From the IMG/VR virus record IMGVR_UViG_3300037721_000067, positions 1-48,925 of that record: DNA of 48,925 nucleotides, one strand, 5' to 3'. Made by a program: the position numbers and the translations under genes. Position 1 is the stretch's first letter, and each line of letters opens with the position of its first letter. This stretch comes from a virus. Lineage: Duplodnaviria; Caudoviricetes. A model generated the notes under the pieces. The model was not told the origin of the DNA. It worked only from the letters and a program-made list of their open reading frames with translations, and did no database searches. Shown here piece by piece: positions 27,356 to 34,460 of this stretch.

Positions 27356-27777
27356 ATGACCACCGCGTATGTGATCCCGTGTTGCGGCGACAAGAGCACC
27401 ACCCCGATGCCCGCCCGGGACTTCTACACCGGCCAGATGTTCCGTCACACCCTCGCCGCCGCGCGGGTGACCCGGACTCGGTGGTCCTGGTCCTGTCCGC
27501 CTGGTACGGCCTGGTCCCCCTGGACCGGGTCCTTCGCCCCTACGACCAGCGGATGGACGAGGACGGCCACGTGGACGCGGTCGGCATCGCCGCCTCGTAC
27601 CTCGCCAACGTCACCGACCCGGGCGACGTCGTGGCCCTGCTCCCGAAGGACTACTTCGACGCCCTGGACGAGGCCCTGTCGGACCTGGCGATCTGGCCCA
27701 TGGACTGCTACGAGGCCACCGCCGGGATCGGCTACCAGCGCCGGATCAACACCCAGGCCGTCGCCGACGCCGCCTGA
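27356..27777 (+). pseudogene. DUF6884/YaaA-like protein split by a 1-nt frameshift near 27463
   Basis: VIPCCGDK...PARDFYTGQMF in one frame continues as VLSAWYGLV...PYD in the -1 frame. Confidence 0.7.
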
Positions 27778-27821
27778 CGTGCGCCATAACCGCGACACCC
27801 CACCCGATAGGAGAAACCCCG

Positions 27822-28505
27822 ATGCACAGAGCCAAGGACCCGAAATGGAGCCGGGAGCCGAACACCCCGGCGATCGTCGTCAGCCGGGGCGAGCCGACCC
27901 GCCCCGACTGGCAGATGCGCGAGGTGGTGACCGACCAGGCCCGCCGGTACCTGGACGGATACACCGACCGCAAGGTCAGTGACGACCTGCTGGCCGCGGC
28001 GGTGCGGCTCATCGCACAGGACCACATCGACCCGGTCGGCGCGCAGGGCGTCGCGCTGATGCGTGACCACTTCCTGAAATACGTCGATGTGGCAACGGCG
28101 GCGGATCCCGAGTATGTGGAGGGAGGCTGGGCCGAGATGCACCCGTTCGACCCGGCGGGAGGCGAGGACGTGTGCCTGTACCGGATGGCCGAGGGCTACG
28201 TCTGCGGCTCGCCGCAGGACGCCCCGATCCACCCGTCGGCCACGCTGCTCGCTGAGCTGTCCGACGTGGCGGCCCGGGAGGACTGGGCGCGGACCACGGT
28301 GGCCGCGGCCGGGCACAGCTGGTCGACGCACTTCGCGAAGTTCGACGGCACGGTGTTGCCCCGCGAGGACGACGACGAGGACGAGGACGAGTGCTCGGAC
28401 TGCGGCGAGAGGTTGAGCGACACGGGATTTCACTGCGCGAACTGCGGTGACCACATCGACGGCGAGGGTGTCTGCCAGGAGTGCGGCGAGGAGGCGCAGG
28501 GATGA
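27822..28505 (+). CDS. Hypothetical protein with acidic linker and C-terminal triple CxxC zinc ribbon
   Basis: RBS AGGAG; CSDC, CANC, CQEC. Confidence 0.75.
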   Translation: MHRAKDPKWSREPNTPAIVVSRGEPTRPDWQMREVVTDQARRYLDGYTDRKVSDDLLAAAVRLIAQDHIDPVGAQGVALMRDHFLKYVDVATAADPEYVEGGWAEMHPFDPAGGEDVCLYRMAEGYVCGSPQDAPIHPSATLLAELSDVAAREDWARTTVAAAGHSWSTHFAKFDGTVLPREDDDEDEDECSDCGERLSDTGFHCANCGDHIDGEGVCQECGEEAQG

Positions 28506-28690
28506 TCGTGGCTGCGGTGGCCCTGTGGCTGGCCCTGATCAGCGCGTCCGTTGCCCTGGGCGTCGCAGTCTCGGACCAGATCGGGCAGGCAGGGTTCCCG
28601 TTGCTGGGCATGGTCGCGGGAACCGTGGTGTCCATGGCGACGGCGACGGGGCTCGGGTACCTGGTGGCGCGCTGGGCACCCCCGAAGTAG
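28502..28690 (+). CDS. Small two-TM membrane protein
   Basis: ATGA overlap with the upstream gene; two hydrophobic stretches. Confidence 0.65.
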   Translation: MIVAAVALWLALISASVALGVAVSDQIGQAGFPLLGMVAGTVVSMATATGLGYLVARWAPPK

Positions 28691-28760
28691 TCACCCCTAC
28701 CGTGTTGACTACTTCCGGTCGAGTGGGGTAGTGTTCGGGGTGTCAGGGAGACACCCCGAA
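28684..28760 (+). promoter_or_regulatory. Promoter P4 with flanking IR and 11-bp leader hairpin
   Basis: GAAGTAGTCA/TGACTACTTC IR; TTGACT 28705-10, 18 nt, TAGTGT 28729-34; TTCGGGGTGTC-AGGGA-GACACCCCGAA. Confidence 0.85.
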
Positions 28761-28776
28761 CGGAAGGACACCGATC

Positions 28777-29205
28777 ATGGCCCGCAACGCCGACGGACGT
28801 TGGATCAGCATTCCCGTCAGCCCCGGCCACCCCTACGACGACGGCATCTACCGCGCCCTGCCCGGCACCGTCGAGCCTGCCCCCCTGACCATCTCGGTCG
28901 AGGACCTGCCCGGTTACTGCGGTCGGCTCCGTGGCCACGGCGGCACCGGCCCGGTCTGCCGCCGGGTCAACCTCGTGTACCAGCTGCACACCCTGCACGC
29001 GGAGATCCTCAGTGAGCGCGCCCGCATCACCCGGTGCCGCAGCGCGCACAGCCGGGAGAACCTGATCGGGTTCGTCGAGTTCGCCCAGCGCCGCCTGGCC
29101 TACTACCTGACGGCCTGGCACCTGCCGGAGTGCGGCCACGGCGAGCACGCGTTCGCCGAGGCCACCCACGACACCGAGCAGGCCCTGCCCGCCTGCACCT
29201 GCTGA
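28777..29205 (+). CDS. Hypothetical protein (Cys/His-containing)
   Basis: RBS GAAGGA; good codon bias; followed by hairpin 29214-39. Confidence 0.75.
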   Translation: MARNADGRWISIPVSPGHPYDDGIYRALPGTVEPAPLTISVEDLPGYCGRLRGHGGTGPVCRRVNLVYQLHTLHAEILSERARITRCRSAHSRENLIGFVEFAQRRLAYYLTAWHLPECGHGEHAFAEATHDTEQALPACTC

Positions 29206-29268
29206 ACCTGCCCGGGGGGCGGCCGACCGGCCGCCCCCCGCACCCCTTGTCCCGGAAGGACCATTCCG

Positions 29269-30078
29269 ATGCCCACTCCATACGGCCACGCCGACGTCCG
29301 CGTGATGCTCACCCACCCCGCCTCCACCCGCCCCGGCGTCTCCCGAAGTGTTGCCCTCTACCTGGAACGGGCCAGCGACAGCGAGCCGATCGCCCGACTG
29401 TCCCTGACCCCGGACCAGTTCGCCGCGGTGATGGCGGGCAGCGCCACCGTGGTCACCTCGTCGATCCCTCTGCCCCGCCTCGGTGCGACCCGGCCGGATT
29501 CATGGTTCCGGCCGGACGACCGGGTCTACCCCCGGTCGGGTGGTGAGGTCGTCACCGTCGACGAGGTGAGACTGATCGGTGGCACGACCGATCGTCAGCA
29601 GTTCCGGGCGAAGGGAATGTGGCGGCACTCCGACGAGTACCAGCTGGAGCCGCCCAGCAGCCGGGTCGACCCGCGCGAGCTTCATCCGGGGCCGTTGTGC
29701 ACCCGGTGCCTGACCGAGACCGTGTGGGATCCGGCGGCCGGGCAGTGGCGGCACGCCGACGGTGCGGTGGCATCTGACCGGTCCTGTGACCGCGGCGAGC
29801 ACGACGTGACGTTCGCCCCGCAGAACGGGCCGCGGGAGCTGGAGGTGTTGCTGACGGCGACGACGAACCAGTTCCTGAAACTGCCGTGCCGGGGCCGGGT
29901 GTCTATCAACGAGTACGGGACGGACGGGTCGGCGATCTCCGTCTCGTTCCGGGCGTACAACCCGGACGGGACGCTGACCGCGAAGGTGCACGTGCCTGAC
30001 CCGGAGTGGGTCTACCAGGGTTGCCGGGTGCAGCCGCGGACGGTGCCGTGCCCGGACCCGGCCGACCACGAGGTCTGA
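29269..30078 (+). CDS. Hypothetical multidomain protein
   Basis: RBS GAAGGA; 269 aa. Confidence 0.7.
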   Translation: MPTPYGHADVRVMLTHPASTRPGVSRSVALYLERASDSEPIARLSLTPDQFAAVMAGSATVVTSSIPLPRLGATRPDSWFRPDDRVYPRSGGEVVTVDEVRLIGGTTDRQQFRAKGMWRHSDEYQLEPPSSRVDPRELHPGPLCTRCLTETVWDPAAGQWRHADGAVASDRSCDRGEHDVTFAPQNGPRELEVLLTATTNQFLKLPCRGRVSINEYGTDGSAISVSFRAYNPDGTLTAKVHVPDPEWVYQGCRVQPRTVPCPDPADHEV

Positions 30079-30088
30079 GTTCGCGCCC

Positions 30089-30124
30089 ACAGTGCCCCGG
30101 GGGATTTCGCCCCCGGGGCACTGT
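30089..30124. terminator. Terminator hairpin
   Basis: ACAGTGCCCCGGGGG-ATTTCG-CCCCCGGGGCACTGT perfect 15-bp stem. Confidence 0.75.
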
Positions 30125-30182
30125 TGTCTTGCATACAGTGATGGGTCCAACACTGTTCCTGATCGGAAAAGGGGGGACTCAC

Positions 30183-31124
30183 GTGGATCTATGTGTTACG
30201 TGGCGGCGGTTCGCTGTCGTCGCTGCCCTGCTGGCCATGCTCGGCGGGGTGTTCGCGGCACCACAGGCGGCGCTGGCGGATACGGCCGGGGTGGGGGTGG
30301 GGGTTGAGGCGGCGCTGTCGGCTGACCTCGTCCCTATCCTGGCCCCGCCCGCGCCGTCGAAGGACGACCGGGCGACCAAGGGCACGCATGCGCCGAAGGG
30401 CAAGCCGCCCGCGGTCGGTAAGACGCGGTCGACGGACAAGTTGCTGGCGCTGACGTACTTCTACAACGGGGGTCGTCAGACCATCACCGGGACGGGCGCG
30501 TCGGCGAACCTGACGATTCACACGCCGTCGCTGGACACCACCGCGGGGGACTTCCACACCCTGACCGAGATCGCCGTGCAGTCTGCGAACAGTCAGCAGA
30601 TCGTCGAGGTCGGCTGGACCATCGACCCGGCGGTGAACGGCAACAGCAACCCGCATCTGTTCGTCTACAACTGGGTGAACGGCTCGCCCGGTTGCTACAA
30701 CGGGTGCGGCTGGGTGGACAACGGCTCGAACAGTTTCGACGCGGGCGATGCGCTGACGTCGGGGACGACGAAGCGGTTCGGGATCCTCTACTCGGGTACC
30801 AGCCCGAACGGCCAGTGGTGGGTCCACTACGACGGCGCGTTCGTCGGGTACTTCCCGGAGACGGACTGGGGTGCGGCGTTCAACCAGTCGGGGTTGCATC
30901 AGCTGTTCGGTGAGGTCGCGGCGAACAGCGCCGCGCCGTGCACGGACAACGGCAACGCGTTGTACGGGTCGAACCCGTCGGCCGCGGTGATCGGGTCGAC
31001 GTCGATCGAGGGGGTGTTGAACGCGAACGTGAACCTGACGGCGTTCGAGGATGATCCGACGATGTACGACGTGAACAAGTTGTCCGGGCGGACGTTGCAG
31101 TACGGGGGTCCGGGGGACTGTTAG
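30183..31124 (+). CDS. Secreted neprosin-family (glutamic) prolyl endopeptidase
   Basis: Signal peptide (..PQAALA-D); IVEVGW, PHLFVY, GCYNGCGWV, WWVHYDG..VGYFP, FGEV and YGGPG motifs. Confidence 0.85.
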   Translation: MDLCVTWRRFAVVAALLAMLGGVFAAPQAALADTAGVGVGVEAALSADLVPILAPPAPSKDDRATKGTHAPKGKPPAVGKTRSTDKLLALTYFYNGGRQTITGTGASANLTIHTPSLDTTAGDFHTLTEIAVQSANSQQIVEVGWTIDPAVNGNSNPHLFVYNWVNGSPGCYNGCGWVDNGSNSFDAGDALTSGTTKRFGILYSGTSPNGQWWVHYDGAFVGYFPETDWGAAFNQSGLHQLFGEVAANSAAPCTDNGNALYGSNPSAAVIGSTSIEGVLNANVNLTAFEDDPTMYDVNKLSGRTLQYGGPGDC

Positions 31125-31144
31125 CCGGGCGGGGTGTGTCCAGG

Positions 31145-31205
31145 GTCAACACCCGGGGAAATCACCCCCCGGGTGTTGACTATTTCCAGGGTAGGGGACT
31201 ACTGT
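31145..31205 (+). promoter_or_regulatory. Terminator hairpin fused to promoter P5
   Basis: 14-bp IR GTCAACACCCGGGG/CCCCGGGTGTTGAC; TTGACT 31176-81, 18 nt, TACTGT 31200-05. Confidence 0.85.
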
Positions 31206-31257
31206 TGTGGGTGTGCGGGACGCCTGGAACCCCGCCCCGAGGAAGGACACACCGGCC

Positions 31258-32157
31258 ATGGCCACACCGACCGTCGCACAGACCGCCGCACTGATCGAAC
31301 TCGCCGACAGCCCCCGCGGGAGCACCCTCGACGGCGTCCGCACCAACACCCTCCAGTCCCTGCGCATCAACGGGTGGATCCGGCTGGGGCCGGTGCCCCT
31401 GCCGACCTGGGCACAGGTCGCCGAGGGCTACCACATCACCCAGGACGGGTTCGACGCCCTGAACCGCGCCCGCGACGCCCGCGCCTACCTGGACACCGTC
31501 TGGGACGCGGCATACCTCGGCTACGCCCGCACCCACGGCCCGGTCACCCCGCACACCCTGCGCACGCTCATCGACCAGTACCGCACCCTGATGGACTCCG
31601 CGGCCCGCCTGGACGACGCGGTCCACCACCGGACATGCGACCTGCTCCGGGCGCGGGCCGTGTTCGTCCTGGCCCGGGTCGCCGCCGCGGTGAACCTCAA
31701 GACGTGGCAGCACCCGCACCGGATCCTGACCGCGGCCGAACAGCTGTACGCCGAGACCGCCCCGGTGGCCGAGACCGGCTACGACGTGGACGGCGAGGTC
31801 GCGACCTGTGTCCACGACGCACGTCCCATCGCCCGCCGTCCCGGACGGTCCGGGTGGGTGCACATCGACCCGCGCGGCCTGCGGCTCTGCTTCGCGGACC
31901 TGACCCGCGACGAGGTGGCCACCCCGCTGCCGGACGGTCCCGTCCGGGAGATGGACCAGCGCGACCCGCGGCCCGCGGTCGCGCAGCTCTGCTCGTGGCC
32001 GCTGCCGCACACCGCGCACCCGTGGGGCGAGTCGGTGTCGGTGCGGTACCTATGCCGGGGGAACTGGGACGGCCCGCGACGGCCGCGGCCGTCGCGGATC
32101 TTCGATGGGTGCCGGGCGTCGGCGGCCGAGGTGGCTGCGGCGGTCATCGCCTCGTGA
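31258..32157 (+). CDS. Hypothetical protein with N-terminal wHTH-like segment
   Basis: RBS GAAGGA; TNTLQSLRINGWI...YHITQDGFDAL pattern. Confidence 0.75.
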   Translation: MATPTVAQTAALIELADSPRGSTLDGVRTNTLQSLRINGWIRLGPVPLPTWAQVAEGYHITQDGFDALNRARDARAYLDTVWDAAYLGYARTHGPVTPHTLRTLIDQYRTLMDSAARLDDAVHHRTCDLLRARAVFVLARVAAAVNLKTWQHPHRILTAAEQLYAETAPVAETGYDVDGEVATCVHDARPIARRPGRSGWVHIDPRGLRLCFADLTRDEVATPLPDGPVREMDQRDPRPAVAQLCSWPLPHTAHPWGESVSVRYLCRGNWDGPRRPRPSRIFDGCRASAAEVAAAVIAS

Positions 32158-32176
32158 CGGCTGGACAGCCGTGAGA

Positions 32177-32235
32177 GTCGGTGCCCGGGGGATCACCCCC
32201 CGGGCGCTGACTATTTCCGGGTATCTCGGTACCCT
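32177..32235 (+). promoter_or_regulatory. Degenerate hairpin plus promoter P6
   Basis: ATCACCCCCCGGGCG-CTGACT-17 nt-TACCCT. Confidence 0.7.
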
Positions 32236-32294
32236 CTCACCGACACCCCCACGGGGCCAGCAGGCCCCAAGGCAGGACCAAGGGAGCACCCCCG

Positions 32295-32852
32295 ATGTTG
32301 CTCAACAAGTGGATCAAGGCAAGTAAGTCCGGCGGCAACAACACCGGCCCCAACTGCGTGCAGTGCCTCCAGTTCCGCAAGGCATCCGCGTCCGCGGCCG
32401 ACATCGCCAACTGCGTGGAGACCGCCGTCGCGACCGACGAGGCGCACGCGCACTGCACCCCCGGCCAGTGCCTGGCCGAGGGGATCGACACCGGCGACCT
32501 CATCGTCCGGGACTCCAAGGCCGGGCCCGGGTCGCCGGTCGCGGTGTTCACCCCGCGGCTGTGGGAGCTGTACGTCGCGTCGGTGGCCGACGGCCGGTCG
32601 GACGTCGTCGACGGGTCTCACGTGATCATCGACCCGCGCGGGACCGGCACGGTGCTGCGGTTCACCGATGGCGAGTGGGACGCGTTCGTCGACGGCTGCC
32701 GCAAGGGTGAGTTCGCGCTGGCCACCGCCGAACCGGTCCAGGCGGTCGGTGACGGTGACCGCATCATGTCGGGCTCGCACCACTACACCCGGTCGGGCAC
32801 CGACAACCGGTCGGGCAGGCACGGTAACCTCGCGGGTCCCGGCGCTCTCTGA
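32295..32852 (+). CDS. DUF397 (BldB-family) protein with duplicated motifs
   Basis: WIKASKS..NCVQ plus FRKASAS..NCVE; VRDSK; FTPRLW..V and FTDGEWDAFVDGCRKGEF. Confidence 0.85.
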   Translation: MLLNKWIKASKSGGNNTGPNCVQCLQFRKASASAADIANCVETAVATDEAHAHCTPGQCLAEGIDTGDLIVRDSKAGPGSPVAVFTPRLWELYVASVADGRSDVVDGSHVIIDPRGTGTVLRFTDGEWDAFVDGCRKGEFALATAEPVQAVGDGDRIMSGSHHYTRSGTDNRSGRHGNLAGPGAL

Positions 32853-32947
32853 TCGTCCCCGGGGGCCGGGGTCCCGCGGGGACTCCGGGCCGGTCTACGG
32901 GGCCGTGTGTCGGCCCGTCCCGTTTTCCCCGTTACGGGCGGGCCGAC

Positions 32948-33005
32948 ATCACCCCCACAGTGTTGACTACTTCCTGGGTTGTGGGGTACCGTCTCCGGTG
33001 TCAGG
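32948..33005 (+). promoter_or_regulatory. Conserved extended promoter P7
   Basis: ATCACCCCCACAGTG-TTGACT (32963-68), 18 nt, TACCGT (32987-92), GGTGTCAGG. Confidence 0.85.
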
Positions 33006-33032
33006 AAAACCCCCACCGGAAGGACCCCCGCC

Positions 33033-33227
33033 ATGAAGACCCCCGCGAACCTCGTCAAGATCGAAGCCGGGAAGTACCGGCACGCCAGCGGCGCGGTCAT
33101 CGAGAAGCGCGGGCGGCGCACCATCGGCCGCAACGGCTACGCACTGCCGGGCTGGGCGATCCTGGTCGACGGCCGTGAGGTCAACCGGTGGGCGACCCTG
33201 GCCCGCGCCGCCGAGGCCCTCGGCTAG
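33033..33227 (+). CDS. Small basic hypothetical protein
   Basis: RBS GAAGGA; MKTPANLVKIEAGKYRH... Confidence 0.75.
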   Translation: MKTPANLVKIEAGKYRHASGAVIEKRGRRTIGRNGYALPGWAILVDGREVNRWATLARAAEALG

Positions 33228-33412
33228 CTCCGGGCTCGCCGGGACTGCATCTCCTGCGCCCTGGCGGTCAGGTGGATCGCCTCGGTCCGCTGGCCGTTGT
33301 CCCGGTTGGCATGGGCCTGGCCTGCCCTGCTCAGATCCTTGTTGAGCGCCACCGTCTCTTTGATACTCGCGTCGCGTGCCTGTCGTGCCTTGTCGTCAGC
33401 AGCAGATGTCAT
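33224..33412 (-). CDS. Small helical hypothetical protein
   Basis: ATG overlaps the GT stop; converges on the island. Confidence 0.5.
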   Translation of the reverse strand: MTSAADDKARQARDASIKETVALNKDLSRAGQAHANRDNGQRTEAIHLTARAQEMQSRRARS

Positions 33413-34122
33413 ATCGACGACCGTAACGGTCGCGCGCCGGGCTCGTCCAGGATCCGGCCGACCTCCGCGGCGGTATAGGCGCGGGAGTACCTGCGCCACA
33501 ACACCTCACCGCCCGGCGACCCGACCGCCCGGGTGACCCGCGACTGGGCCGGGTGCCACAGGTGGTAACACGGCCCCAGCCTGCGGTACGGCGCACCGAA
33601 CACGCGGGTCAGCGACCACCCCCACGCCAGGTCCTCCTGGCCCCACCCGCGGAACCGGGCGTCGATCGGCGTGGTGTCCCAGCAGGACCGGTCCATCACG
33701 ACGACCCCGCCGCCGACCACGGCCCGGTGCACCTCCCGGACCTGATGCCGGAGCCGGACGTGCGGTGCCCGCCAGTCCGGCAACTCGCTGCCCGCCCACA
33801 CCCGTTCGGTGGTGTCCGCGTTGAGCCGGTACACCGCCCGGTGCGGGACCGCCCACACCGCCCGGCCCGACTCCACCTCGGTCACGCAGACGCCGACCTC
33901 GGCGGTGATGACGTCCGCGTCCGCGACGACCACGACCTGTTCAGAGGTTCGCTCGAGACCCGCCTGTACCGCCGCGGCCTTGCACCACTCGCCGCCGTCT
34001 GCGGTGTCGGCGACGACCACCTCCCAGCCGGGGTGGTGGTCCGCGTACCAGGCCCGGACGAACGCCAGGGACTGTTCCCGCCACGGGCAGCCGCCCCGCC
34101 AGGGGATCACCACGGCGGTCAC
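33409..34122 (-). CDS. Glycosyltransferase (GT-A, galactosyltransferase C-terminal-like)
   Basis: VVIPWRG, DAD, FRGWGQED and HLWH motifs; GTG overlaps the upstream stop. Confidence 0.85.
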   Translation of the reverse strand: MTAVVIPWRGGCPWREQSLAFVRAWYADHHPGWEVVVADTADGGEWCKAAAVQAGLERTSEQVVVVADADVITAEVGVCVTEVESGRAVWAVPHRAVYRLNADTTERVWAGSELPDWRAPHVRLRHQVREVHRAVVGGGVVVMDRSCWDTTPIDARFRGWGQEDLAWGWSLTRVFGAPYRRLGPCYHLWHPAQSRVTRAVGSPGGEVLWRRYSRAYTAAEVGRILDEPGARPLRSSI

Positions 34123-34460
34123 CGGCGCATCGCCGATATCGCCACCGCGCCCGCGTAGCCGGGGACGACCGCGTCCAGGGCGTCCAGCCGCCAGCCGAGG
34201 ACCTCCACCCCTTTGACGCGGGGGCAGCCGTTGCACCACCCGAGCCGGTCATGGGAGACGGTGGAGCAGCCGATGCGGGGTTCCCGCAGGACCGGGCAGG
34301 TCCCCGGTTTCCACGGGTCGTCCCAGGTCCACACCACCACGTCGCCGGTGTGCCGCTGGTGGCACTTCCCGCAGTACCGGTCCTCGACGTCCCCCGGGTG
34401 GACGGAGGTGATGCCGCACGGGTGGCACACGTAGGCCAGCCTCCGTTCCGGGCGGGTCAC
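34119..34460 (-). CDS. Small Cys-rich zinc-finger protein
   Basis: CHPC..HPGD..YCGKCH; coupled on both sides by overlapping start/stop codons. Confidence 0.65.
   Translation of the reverse strand: MTRPERRLAYVCHPCGITSVHPGDVEDRYCGKCHQRHTGDVVVWTWDDPWKPGTCPVLREPRIGCSTVSHDRLGWCNGCPRVKGVEVLGWRLDALDAVVPGYAGAVAISAMRR

Noticed and set aside
23600-32211. GTCAAC...GTTGAC hairpins as integron attC sites
   Set aside because: They are only ~36-41 bp, do not fit RYYYAAC/GTTRRRY, lack L boxes, and no integron integrase is present; better explained as terminator/promoter elements
23132-33005. Repeated elements as a CRISPR array
   Set aside because: Copies are degenerate and separated by whole genes; no cas genes
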